A stretch of 58,156 bases of DNA from a virus. Taxonomy: Duplodnaviria > Caudoviricetes. The position numbers were made by a program, and so were the translations under genes. The stretch's first letter is position 1. Every line of letters begins with the position of its first letter. The stretch spans positions 1 through 58,156 of IMG/VR virus record IMGVR_UViG_3300021976_000015, one strand, 5' to 3'. Positions 14,551-23,546 of this stretch are shown here, one piece after another. The notes beneath the pieces are model-generated. The model saw nothing but the letters and a program-made list of their open reading frames with translations. It made no database searches and was not told the origin of the DNA.

Positions 14551-14743
14551 TGGTCTCCACATACCGGAGGAGGAACCCAACTTGCCGCTCTTCCCCTGCG
14601 AGTCGTATCGAGGCAGCCTCAGTTTTCAGTGCGAGGGCAGAGGTAAGTACCGGCCGGACCCTTTCGCGTTGGAGATCCACGACGAGGTCAAGATGATGGT
14701 GTTGTGCAACCGGTGTTGGCAGGAACGGCACGACGACATTTAG
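14540..14743 (+). CDS. small Cys-rich protein
   Basis: C...C...DPF..EIHD.....LC..CW. Confidence 0.6.
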   Translation: MTRNGLHIPEEEPNLPLFPCESYRGSLSFQCEGRGKYRPDPFALEIHDEVKMMVLCNRCWQERHDDI

Positions 14744-14753
14744 GGAGATCAGA

Positions 14754-15002
14754 ATGGCGATTGACAACAAGTACGGACGAGTCACCCTGGAGAACGGAAC
14801 GGTGGGTGAAGACGAGCCGGTCTTTGTGTTCCGCGCACAGGACGCGATGCTCCTGAAGGTGCTGGCTTATTACCACTTCATCTGCATGAAGGAAGGTTCA
14901 CCGCGTCGCCACCTCGACAAGATCTTGGACGGCCGGGACCAGATTGCGGAGTGGCAGAAGGACTCGGAGAACTTCACGAAGATCCCTGAGTCCAAGGAGT
15001 AA
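14754..15002 (+). CDS. hypothetical protein (DEPVFVFRAQD motif)
   Basis: SD present. DEPVF.LRAQD-type motif seen in small phage proteins. Confidence 0.7.
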   Translation: MAIDNKYGRVTLENGTVGEDEPVFVFRAQDAMLLKVLAYYHFICMKEGSPRRHLDKILDGRDQIAEWQKDSENFTKIPESKE

Positions 15003-15067
15003 GTTGAGGTCACCTTCCGCGACGGAAGGTCCAATGCCCGCGATGGGCAGAAAGAGAGGGGCACACC

Positions 15068-15322
15068 ATGCCCAAGACGAACATCTATCCTCCCCCCAGG
15101 GGCGAAGAGGGTAATCAGCTCCAGGACACCCGCATCGAGATTGGGTGGTTCAAGGGACGTACCGGCGTAACTATCGCTACCACGACCCTCACAGAGGGCT
15201 CAGACCCCACGGAAGACCACAAGTGGTTCGGCCAGTACGTCGAACTCACGCGGTACGAGCTGAACAACATGATCCGGGCACTTCGTACTGCTCGCGATCA
15301 AAGTGAGGGCAAGGACGAGTAG
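15068..15322 (+). CDS. hypothetical protein
   Basis: SD present. Ends LTRYELNNMIRALRTARDQSEGKDE. Confidence 0.7.
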   Translation: MPKTNIYPPPRGEEGNQLQDTRIEIGWFKGRTGVTIATTTLTEGSDPTEDHKWFGQYVELTRYELNNMIRALRTARDQSEGKDE

Positions 15323-15359
15323 TTCTTTCTCGTGGTCACGGGGTCGATAAGCTTTCGCG

Positions 15360-15530
15360 ATGAGATTCTCATTCCGCGCGAAGCAGTTCGACGCCGTGAC
15401 CCAGAACGAACTCGTCACCGAGCGCGTCAAGATCACCCAGAAGCTCAAGAACCAGAACATCAGTGACTCCGAGCGCAAGCAGCTTCGGGCGCGCAACAAG
15501 GAGATCAACGGCAAACTCAGCGGACAGTAG
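15360..15530 (+). CDS. small basic hypothetical protein
   Basis: 56-aa ORF MRFSFRAKQFDAVTQNEL... with phage-like codon usage. Confidence 0.5.
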   Translation: MRFSFRAKQFDAVTQNELVTERVKITQKLKNQNISDSERKQLRARNKEINGKLSGQ

Positions 15531-15543
15531 GGCGGACTACTAC

Positions 15544-15798
15544 ATGAAGCACGATGCGGCGGCGTTCAGCAGCATGAACGGCAACTTGATCGGCCAACGG
15601 ATCAGAGTCACCGTTCCTGGCGGCGACGAGGTGTGTGGAGTGGTCGAGTCAGTCGAGCACTTCTACGCGCCACAGGAGATCTTCGACCCAGAAACCATGT
15701 TGATGATCAAGTCCAGGATTCAGATCAGGGTGTTCGGCGATCCGATCACCATCGACAACACCGACTACGAAGAGATCGACATCGCCACGGTGGTGTAG
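15544..15798 (+). CDS. hypothetical protein
   Basis: MKHDAAAFSSMNGNLIGQRIRVTV... Confidence 0.55.
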   Translation: MKHDAAAFSSMNGNLIGQRIRVTVPGGDEVCGVVESVEHFYAPQEIFDPETMLMIKSRIQIRVFGDPITIDNTDYEEIDIATVV

Positions 15799-15823
15799 CG
15801 CGTAAGATCCAACAGCGCGGAAG

Positions 15824-15868
15824 AGAAGCCCTGCCCTCGTCTTTACGGAGACGGAGGTAGGGCTTCTT
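15824..15868 (+). terminator. long intergenic hairpin (terminator or processing site)
   Basis: AGAAGCCCTGCC..CGTCT / AGACG..GGTAGGGCTTCT inverted repeat, no U-tract. Confidence 0.45.
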
Positions 15869-15915
15869 CCATGTGCCTTATATTCACCTACATCAGCTAG
15901 GTGAAAGGCGGACAC

Positions 15916-16212
15916 ATGAGTTTTGAAGATCACGATCGATATGACGTGTGCGTTTGGTGTTTCGCGCCAGGATGCATGACGGACACCGCCGTTCATGCAG
16001 TGACTTGCCCCATGGTGACCAATTGCTACCCGGTCACCGAACAAGAAGCAGACGAGTGCGCGTGCACCGGATGCAAGGAAGTGTTCCAGCTCGGAGACTT
16101 CTACTCCCTGGTCCCGTTCGAGGAAGAGATTGAAGAGCGCTTCTGGATGCTTTGCTTGGGATGTGCGGTAAGTAACCGCAAGCCACACACCCTCGAAGGA
16201 ACCGATTCATGA
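15916..16212 (+). CDS. Cys-rich (Zn-binding) hypothetical protein
   Basis: Several CxxC pairs. ATGA overlap with terL. Confidence 0.6.
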   Translation: MSFEDHDRYDVCVWCFAPGCMTDTAVHAVTCPMVTNCYPVTEQEADECACTGCKEVFQLGDFYSLVPFEEEIEERFWMLCLGCAVSNRKPHTLEGTDS

Positions 16213-17699
16213 GTGCCCCAGCGATCAACCCAGATGATCCGGAAGAGATCCAGAAGATCCTTGCGCGGATGTCCGCCGACGAGATCAAGGAACTCCAAGA
16301 ACTCCTTCTTCCTCGTATCCCGCCAGGGAACTACATCCCCCACACCCCGCACCCTCCTCAGCAGGCCTTCATGTGTTTGCGCGACAAGGAGGTTCTCTTC
16401 GGAGGAGCAGCGGGTGGTGGAAAGAGCGACGCCTTACTGATGGCCGCGTTGATGTACGCCGATGTTCCGGGTTACTCGGCGTTGATCCTTCGTCGTACCT
16501 ATGCCGACCTTGTTCTTCCTGGCGCGATCATGGACCGTGCGAACACCTGGCTACGAGGAACTGACGCCAAGGCCAAGGATGGCGGCGTGACGTGGATCTT
16601 CCCCAGTGGAGCGCGACTGACGTTCGGGTACTTGCAGAGGGAGACAGACAAGTATCGGTACGCCAGTGCGGAGTACCAATTTATCGGCTGGGATGAGCTG
16701 ACTCACTTTCCCAAAGAAGACACTTATCAGTATCTGTTTTCTCGGCTTCGCAAGCCACAGATCCGGTGTCTTGTGTGCAACTACAGATTGAGACCTTCGA
16801 TCCAGACTGCTGGAAAATGGCTTCATGACACACAAGAACTAAAGAAGCCGTGCGGCAATCCACTGCCGGACCAGGAGAGCTTGGACGAGTACAGGCCTTC
16901 CCTTTACGACGGCACCAGGTTGTTCGACATTCCCTTACGCATGCGCGCGGCCACCAACCCAGGTGGACCGGGCGGTGAGTGGGTCAAGAAGCGCTTCATC
17001 GACAGCAGGACGAAGGAGAAGAACGTCGTCTTCGTGCCATCCCTGCTCAAGGACAACCCAAGCCTTTCGCGCGAGGAGTACGAGGAGACCCTTGGTCACC
17101 TTCACCCTGTCGACCGTGAGCGGCTTTTGAATGGCGACTGGGACGTCACCATGGAGTCCGGCTTCTTCCGTCGCGAGTGGTGGAAGTACGTGGACAAGTT
17201 CAGCCCTGGTCTTCCGCGTGTGAGGTACTGGGACATGGCGTCCACGGCGGACGGTGGTGACTGGACAGTCGGGTGCTTGATGGCCCGCGACGGAAACCGG
17301 TGGTACATCCTTGACATCGTTCGCTCTCAGGCCTCCCCCTACGAGGTTGAGAAGCTCGTGAGGGCCACAGCGACTTTGGATGGCACAGAGGTACCCGTCG
17401 CGATCGAACAGGAACCTGGGTCATCTGGTGTCGCGTTGATGGATCACTACCGGCGCAACATCTTGCCGGGGTACGCGTTCTATCCGATCAGATCCACCGG
17501 AGCGAAGATCGCGCGTGCGACTCCCTTGGCAGCAGCAGCCGAGCAGGGGTACGTGCACTTACGTCCAGCGGAGTGGAACACCAAGTTGATGGATGAGTCG
17601 TCGGTCTTCCCGGAAGGAAAGAACGACGACATTGTCGACGCCATGTCCGGCGCGCATAACTTCCTGGCCAGTCGAGGACGAAGCAGGATCATTGCCTGA
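16209..17699 (+). CDS. terL: terminase large subunit
   Basis: Walker A GGAAGGGKS, Walker B FIGWDELTHF, motif C ATNPGG, and RNase H-like nuclease residues (YWDMAS...DWTVG, NDDIVDA). Confidence 0.95.
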   Translation: MSAPAINPDDPEEIQKILARMSADEIKELQELLLPRIPPGNYIPHTPHPPQQAFMCLRDKEVLFGGAAGGGKSDALLMAALMYADVPGYSALILRRTYADLVLPGAIMDRANTWLRGTDAKAKDGGVTWIFPSGARLTFGYLQRETDKYRYASAEYQFIGWDELTHFPKEDTYQYLFSRLRKPQIRCLVCNYRLRPSIQTAGKWLHDTQELKKPCGNPLPDQESLDEYRPSLYDGTRLFDIPLRMRAATNPGGPGGEWVKKRFIDSRTKEKNVVFVPSLLKDNPSLSREEYEETLGHLHPVDRERLLNGDWDVTMESGFFRREWWKYVDKFSPGLPRVRYWDMASTADGGDWTVGCLMARDGNRWYILDIVRSQASPYEVEKLVRATATLDGTEVPVAIEQEPGSSGVALMDHYRRNILPGYAFYPIRSTGAKIARATPLAAAAEQGYVHLRPAEWNTKLMDESSVFPEGKNDDIVDAMSGAHNFLASRGRSRIIA

Positions 17700-17732
17700 C
17701 AACATGTAGGCAACCAACTTAAGGCGGAAATC

Positions 17733-18035
17733 ATGGTGAGAAGCACGCACATCCCAGTAGATGTCACGGTGTCCCAGGGCGACATCTTTCGCGGATACAG
17801 CAAGGGCAATGTCAGAACGACACGGCGAAACGGCCAACAGGTCGACGTCAAGATCCACGAAAAGGTCTATGAGGATGTGGACGCGGTGTTCGTCGACGGA
17901 GCGTCACTAAAGATCTGTCTTCAGACCGATACCGACACTGAGGTTTGGGAGATTGTTGCCATTGGCCCCTGGTCACCCGTCACGATCAGTACGCGGTCCC
18001 GACCGGAGCCCGTGAAGGTAACCGAGGAGGACTAA
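17733..18035 (+). CDS. hypothetical protein
   Basis: ORF between terL and portal. Confidence 0.6.
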   Translation: MVRSTHIPVDVTVSQGDIFRGYSKGNVRTTRRNGQQVDVKIHEKVYEDVDAVFVDGASLKICLQTDTDTEVWEIVAIGPWSPVTISTRSRPEPVKVTEED

Positions 18036-18296
18036 GTGGTCGAGGGAAAAGAAGAGATCACCCTCCCTTCCGGGCGGAAGTTGAAGTTCGTCGGAGAGAA
18101 CCGACTTCAGGAAGTTCCCGTCGAAACCGCGACCGCGAACAAACTGAAAGTGTTTGCGTCGCTTGGTCTTGTTTCGATCGGTACTCTCCTGACAGTTACG
18201 GGAATAGGTTTTTCCTTTGGTCTACCAGCAGCGATGACAGTGTTCGGCGTGTTGACGTTAAGCATCGGTATCGCACTCGGTTACCAAAAGAGCTGA
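18036..18296 (+). CDS. small membrane protein
   Basis: Two hydrophobic helices in the C-terminal half. Sits directly upstream of portal. Confidence 0.65.
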   Translation: MVEGKEEITLPSGRKLKFVGENRLQEVPVETATANKLKVFASLGLVSIGTLLTVTGIGFSFGLPAAMTVFGVLTLSIGIALGYQKS

Positions 18297-18312
18297 ATTG
18301 AAAGGCACCTAG

Positions 18313-20682
18313 ATGGCCTTCTGGTCCGACCTGTTCACCAAGGCAGGTAAGCCACACGTTCAGTTCGACGACCCTGTTTCCACTTCGGCCGTTGGCCACG
18401 TTGTTGGCAATGTCAGTACCGGCATCACAGGGTTGGGTATCGCCGACGACTTGTCGCGAGCGGTCAACACCCAAGAACGAGTCATCTACGTCTACCGGTG
18501 TGTGGACGCCATCGCATCTCGCGCCGCCACTATCCCCATCGTCGTCAAGAAGGACGGCAAGGGTGACGGGATGGAGCATGAAGACCCCGTCGTTCGCCTG
18601 CTGACCAAGCGGCCGAACACCTACGAGACGGCGACCCAGTTCAAGTACCGGTTGTCCAGCCAGCTCCTGTTGAGCACAAAGGGTGTCTTCGTTGAGGTCA
18701 TTCGCTCTGAGGCTGGGAAGGTCGTCGAGCTTCACCTTCTCCCCTCGGACAAAGTGGAGCCAATCCCAGATCGCCGTCGTTACGTCCAGGGGTTCCGCGT
18801 CTATGACCCTGAAAAGGGTTACGTGGATCTTCCTCCGGATCGTGTGGTGTGGATTCGTAGCAAGCCGCATCCTACGAATGTTTTCGCGCAACTAACCCCA
18901 CTCGTCGCAGCACACCTCGCGGCGGATACCGACTACATGGCGCGTCAGTTCAACCGCAACTTCCTACGCAACGATGGTCGTCCAGGAATGATCGTTGCCG
19001 TCGCAGGCGCGATGAACAACGAAGACCGTGACGCGTTGAGTGCCATGTTCAGCGGTGGGTACGCCCAAGCCGGAGTCACCAGGGTCATTGAGGGTGACCG
19101 GATCTCGGCAGTCGATCTCTCGGGAACGCCGCGTGACATTCAGTGGCAGGACGCATTGGAAGGAACCAAGCAAGACATCTTGCTTGCGTTCGGTGTTCCG
19201 GAAAGCCAGCTCGGTAACGCATCCGGAAGAACCTACGACAACGCCGACGCCGAAGAGGAGATGTTCTACAAGTCGACGATGGTCGATCACTGCAACTCGA
19301 TCGCCAACGCCTTCGACGTCCTCACTACTGGCGGTACCGAAGACGACCTGATCGTTGCCTACGACTGGAGCAAGATCGACGTACTCCAGCGTCAGGAACG
19401 AGCGCGTCACCAGAAGGCCTTCGAGGAGTTCAAGGAAGGCGCGATCACGATCGACGAGTACCGCGAGCTGACCGGTAAGGATGTCTTCGACGTCCCCGGC
19501 ACTCGCGTCCTATGGGTGAAGAACACCGGAGCAGTCGGTATCGGTCACAACTTCCTGGACACCGCCGAGGCAGCGCTTCTTGTCCCGGCAGGACAGAACG
19601 CCTTTGCCCTTCCTCCGGTAGAGGAAGAGAACCCGGCGATCACGCAGACCGAGTCCGATCGAGCGGTCAACGACGGAGTGTCCACGGCGGACAGGGACAC
19701 CGACGATCCCAACGCCGCCGCGAACGCCACCTTGCAGTCCAGTAGGCCCGCCGTGGGCGGTCGATCTGCCGATCGTGCACTGAGGTTGGTCAAGGAACTT
19801 CACAGGAATCCCGCGACTGGTGTCTTCGAGGAGACCAAGGGCGAGCTTCCTGGAGGGCAGCACCCAAAAGAGCTAGAGACAGAGACCAAGGCCGCGCGCA
19901 CGGTTCGATCAACCGTTCAACGTGAGGTCCGTTCTGCTGTCTCTACCTTGGTGCGTGGGTACAGCAGGATGGTCGAGCTTCGGTTCAAGGGCAACGCGAT
20001 CAGGAAGAACACCAGGTACTGGTCACCAGCGGGTACAGCAGCCCTGAACATCAACAAGATGGTCAACAAGTCGGTGGCGATGGCGAAGTTCGGCCAGGAC
20101 ATTCTTGATCTGGTGGAACCCATCGCGATCGATGCCGCCGAACGGTTGTCCTTGCGGTGGGGGAAGAACACCAACCGCGCGCAGTGGATCAACGACATCA
20201 AGCGAATCGTCGTGAACCAGATCGTGGACCAGGCCACGGTGTCCTTCGGTCGATACGTGGATTCTCTTCGCGACCAGATCACCGCCGTGGACATGGATCA
20301 GAGCGCGACCAGGGACGACATCAACAAGGCGATCTCGTCCTACACCTCCTCGAAAGAGAAGGCGTGGGTCCCCCAGTTCGCCGAATACGTCGCTTTCACC
20401 GTAGTTGAGGGTGCTGAAGCCGTCGCGGCACAGCATTTGGACAACTTGATGAAGGTGTGGAACTCCATGGATGACGATTCGGTGCGTCCCAGTCACTGGG
20501 TGATCGATGGTGAGGCCGTTGGAGTCCACGAAAAGTTCAAGGTGGGTGTGTTCCGGCTCGCTTTCCCGCGTGATCCGTCCGCTCCGTCGGTGGAAACCAT
20601 GGGATGCCGTTGTTTCCTGACCTATAGGCGCCCCAAAACCAACGAAAGTGCCGGGGTACCACCAAAAAGGCGGAGCGCGTGA
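18313..20682 (+). CDS. HK97-type portal protein fused to a MuF-like head morphogenesis domain
   Basis: Portal motifs VYRCVDAIASRAA, FLRNDGRPG and ILLAFGVP. C-terminal KVWNSMDDDSVRPSH...FPRDP...GCRC is MuF-like. Confidence 0.9.
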   Translation: MAFWSDLFTKAGKPHVQFDDPVSTSAVGHVVGNVSTGITGLGIADDLSRAVNTQERVIYVYRCVDAIASRAATIPIVVKKDGKGDGMEHEDPVVRLLTKRPNTYETATQFKYRLSSQLLLSTKGVFVEVIRSEAGKVVELHLLPSDKVEPIPDRRRYVQGFRVYDPEKGYVDLPPDRVVWIRSKPHPTNVFAQLTPLVAAHLAADTDYMARQFNRNFLRNDGRPGMIVAVAGAMNNEDRDALSAMFSGGYAQAGVTRVIEGDRISAVDLSGTPRDIQWQDALEGTKQDILLAFGVPESQLGNASGRTYDNADAEEEMFYKSTMVDHCNSIANAFDVLTTGGTEDDLIVAYDWSKIDVLQRQERARHQKAFEEFKEGAITIDEYRELTGKDVFDVPGTRVLWVKNTGAVGIGHNFLDTAEAALLVPAGQNAFALPPVEEENPAITQTESDRAVNDGVSTADRDTDDPNAAANATLQSSRPAVGGRSADRALRLVKELHRNPATGVFEETKGELPGGQHPKELETETKAARTVRSTVQREVRSAVSTLVRGYSRMVELRFKGNAIRKNTRYWSPAGTAALNINKMVNKSVAMAKFGQDILDLVEPIAIDAAERLSLRWGKNTNRAQWINDIKRIVVNQIVDQATVSFGRYVDSLRDQITAVDMDQSATRDDINKAISSYTSSKEKAWVPQFAEYVAFTVVEGAEAVAAQHLDNLMKVWNSMDDDSVRPSHWVIDGEAVGVHEKFKVGVFRLAFPRDPSAPSVETMGCRCFLTYRRPKTNESAGVPPKRRSA

Positions 20683-21629
20683 TGGATTTGACCGAACTGA
20701 GGCACCGATTGACCACGTTGGCCGCGTCGGTGTCCTTCGATGGCAAAAGTGAGGCCCCGACCAGCTCCTCACCGCGTGATCACACCTTCGAACTGCTCGA
20801 TCTTGTCCATGCAGCCGTATTCGAGGGTGTCGGGATCAACGAAATGGCGTCCAAGGCCATGTCAGACCCCAACTACGCGTACTTACGACCCCAAGTGAGG
20901 GAGTTCATGGGCTTCACGAGCCCTTTCAAGGCCCCTGAGAGCCTCGTAGAGCCCTCAGACCAGGCCAAGTCCGTCCTCCACACCTTCACCGGGGCCATGA
21001 TCGCCCTGGTGCCCTCAGAGCGAGACATCGAGCGCCTGAAGAAGCACATCACGGAAGACCCAGACCAGCTCCACATGACGTTGTACTTCCTCGGCGAGGC
21101 AAACGAGTGGGACGACAACGCGCAGAAGGCGGTTGGGGTCCATATCGCAACGTTGAAGAGCATGTTCGCCGCTCAGAAGACGCGCGTTGCAGGCAGAGCC
21201 ATTTTCAACCCCACCGGAGAGACCCCGGCGGACGTGTTGATCCTCAATTCGCCCACCTTGATGGCCGTGAAGCAGGCGGTAACGGGTGCATTGGCGCGAT
21301 GTGGGTACCTGAACAAGCTGCCAGAGCAACACGAACCCTGGATTCCGCATTTGACCCTCGGGTACAGGGTCGAACAACCAGATCTTCCTGACGAGATCTT
21401 CACTGAGCCGATGCGTTTCGATCGAGTGCGGGTGTCTTTCGCGAGAGAACACATCGACATCCCTCTTGTAGGACATCCGGAGCCCGCTAGTTTCAATTCG
21501 TACGCGAAATTTGCAGATGTTGTGGGCGATGAAGAAGCCCAACGTGTCGTACTGGATACCAAAGCAGGTCTGGACGTTCCGCTGAGCTTCTACCGAGCAG
21601 CAGAGAAAGCGCGCAGAGGTAATCGATGA
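20679..21629 (+). CDS. 2H phosphoesterase (2'-5' RNA ligase / LigT-like) domain protein
   Basis: Two HxT motifs: LHMTLYFLG and WIPHLTLGY. Confidence 0.8.
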   Translation: MMDLTELRHRLTTLAASVSFDGKSEAPTSSSPRDHTFELLDLVHAAVFEGVGINEMASKAMSDPNYAYLRPQVREFMGFTSPFKAPESLVEPSDQAKSVLHTFTGAMIALVPSERDIERLKKHITEDPDQLHMTLYFLGEANEWDDNAQKAVGVHIATLKSMFAAQKTRVAGRAIFNPTGETPADVLILNSPTLMAVKQAVTGALARCGYLNKLPEQHEPWIPHLTLGYRVEQPDLPDEIFTEPMRFDRVRVSFAREHIDIPLVGHPEPASFNSYAKFADVVGDEEAQRVVLDTKAGLDVPLSFYRAAEKARRGNR

Positions 21630-22528
21630 ACCTGAACCTAAGGCTTCGACTCACCAAGGAACTGATCGAGTCGGACACAGAGGTCAAGCGGATCATTCGC
21701 GTGCGGACGGCAGCAGGCGCGCGTAGGTACGGCCAGCCCATTGGTTCCATCGTTCAGGTGGACCAGGAAGGTCGCGTCATCGGTAAGCCGAGTGAAGACG
21801 ACGAGAAGCCCCGTCGTACTCCTGCCGGACACCGCAGCACGATCCTGGATGAGGTCGCGAAGTTCGACAAGCGCCTCGAACCGGATGGAAGTGGCGGGTA
21901 CAAGTTGAAGACCCGTAAGCACGGGACGATCTCGATCGTTCCCACCGCCGACGGGCGATACGAGGTTCGGTATCCGAGCGAGGACGGGCTACGGACTCTG
22001 TATGCGCGGTTTGTCACGGCCAAGGAAGCGCGGGCGGCCATTCAGCGGTTGGTTACCGACAGCAAGAGCATCGAAGAACTCCGCATCGAGTTCCAGCATC
22101 GGCGCGTCATGGCCTTCAAGGACGCCGACGGGAAAGACGCGGAAGAGGTAGATGTCACCGAAGACCTGAATGAGGAAGAGATTCAGCAGCTCTTCGACGC
22201 GATGGACAAGGACGACTTTGCTGAGGTTGACCGCATCACGGCGGCCGTGGAGGGCAGAGTCCCTTTTCCGAGTGACGGAGAACCAACCGGCTCAGATAAG
22301 GCTGGAGGCGCTGATCGCAATCGCGGTAACGCCGAGGTTCTCCGTCGCTACTGGACGGTCGGACGTGGTGCAACGAAGATTCGGTGGGGTCCTCACTCGG
22401 GATCGTTTACTAGGTGCGTTCAACATCTGTCGAAGTACTTAGGGCCTAGAGCTAAAGGTTATTGCGCGTTGCGAATGAAAGAGACGATAGGTGTTTGGCC
22501 AGGGTCTCACATCAATCGAGGAGACTAG
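21626..22528 (+). CDS. head-module protein of unknown function
   Basis: RVRTAAGARRYGQPIGS and LRRYWTVGRGATKIRWG...RCV..LSKY...GYCA...G.WPG motifs, recalled from actinophage head genes. Confidence 0.7.
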   Translation: MNLNLRLRLTKELIESDTEVKRIIRVRTAAGARRYGQPIGSIVQVDQEGRVIGKPSEDDEKPRRTPAGHRSTILDEVAKFDKRLEPDGSGGYKLKTRKHGTISIVPTADGRYEVRYPSEDGLRTLYARFVTAKEARAAIQRLVTDSKSIEELRIEFQHRRVMAFKDADGKDAEEVDVTEDLNEEEIQQLFDAMDKDDFAEVDRITAAVEGRVPFPSDGEPTGSDKAGGADRNRGNAEVLRRYWTVGRGATKIRWGPHSGSFTRCVQHLSKYLGPRAKGYCALRMKETIGVWPGSHINRGD

Positions 22529-23199
22529 GCGTGACTCTTTCTCGCGTGGTACCAATCGCGACCACATCCTCGGCAGTACCTACGACCAGTAGTCTTGAGT
22601 CGAACTGTTTCGGATGGGTCGTGCTTCTCGCAGAAGATCTTGCGGAGCAGTGCACGTCGGACGTTTTCAGCGTGTGTAACTGGTTCAAGGTGACTCACTC
22701 GGACACACCTACGGACCTTGCAGAGGTGATCAAGTTCCATCTCTGGAGGGATTTCTCCGTGTACCAAAATGTAGGCCAAGTTCTGAACAGCGACGATCTT
22801 CCCGTTTCCATTGGCGATACCTCCGTAACCCTGACCTCTCTTGGCGCCAGTGAAAATGTGACACGGGCCAAGATCTGGACGGGCTTCTGGAACATCGCCT
22901 ACTACGGTCAAGGCAGCGAGTCTTTCTTTGGCGGTCCTGTCTTTGTCACGTACTTCGAGATCCAAAAGAAGGTCACCCCCGTTCCTGCGTGCTCGGTGAT
23001 AGTGAGCAGGGCAAAGTCCTTCGTTTCGCGGTACTCGACCGCATCCCTCTACCGAACAGGACTTTCGTTTGTAGGGTTGGAGTTGTTCTGCCCCTTCCTC
23101 AGGGTTGCCGTGTCGTTGCCACCGTCGGTAGTGCGCGTTACACCACCCTCTGGCGACGATGTTGTCCCTGGTGCACCCAGTTATCGAGCAAGTAGTCAT
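22525..23199 (-). CDS. HNH homing endonuclease
   Basis: Two CSxxGC...C..HY repeats and LDHLCKVRRCVRVSHLEPVTHAEN. Inserted antisense within the head module. Confidence 0.85.
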   Translation of the reverse strand: MTTCSITGCTRDNIVARGWCNAHYRRWQRHGNPEEGAEQLQPYKRKSCSVEGCGRVPRNEGLCPAHYHRARRNGGDLLLDLEVRDKDRTAKERLAALTVVGDVPEARPDLGPCHIFTGAKRGQGYGGIANGNGKIVAVQNLAYILVHGEIPPEMELDHLCKVRRCVRVSHLEPVTHAENVRRALLRKIFCEKHDPSETVRLKTTGRRYCRGCGRDWYHARKSHA

Positions 23200-23256
23200 G
23201 TCGTGCAGGGTACTGCACGGCCATCAAGTCTAAGAAATGACCAGTAGGGGGAGAAC

Positions 23257-23508
23257 ATGGCCGACACTGATGTGACTCAGACCATCATCACCATCATCAC
23301 GAGTGATCCAGCGCCGGAAGACCCAGGCGCACCCGGTGTTCCGATGCCGATGACCGTGCTTGAGCTTGAAAACTTCTGGGCCGCACTCACTGTACGAAAC
23401 ATCGAGGATGTTCACACCGACGGTGTGATCACGGCGGTATTGAGTGAGCCAGGTGGATTCTTGGTTGGTCTTGTTTGTACCGTGACTGAGATTTCTCACC
23501 CCGTTTAA
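23257..23508 (+). CDS. hypothetical protein
   Basis: GGGGAG SD and an 83-aa ORF. Confidence 0.5.
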   Translation: MADTDVTQTIITIITSDPAPEDPGAPGVPMPMTVLELENFWAALTVRNIEDVHTDGVITAVLSEPGGFLVGLVCTVTEISHPV

Positions 23509-23546
23509 GCCATACTCGCGGCAAACAACGAGAAAGGAACGGCACC

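Noticed and set aside
22525-23199. HNH genes (here and at 44347-45036) as parts of self-splicing introns
   Set aside because: Both lie between intact genes rather than interrupting one, and no intron core was recognised. Treated as free-standing homing endonucleases.
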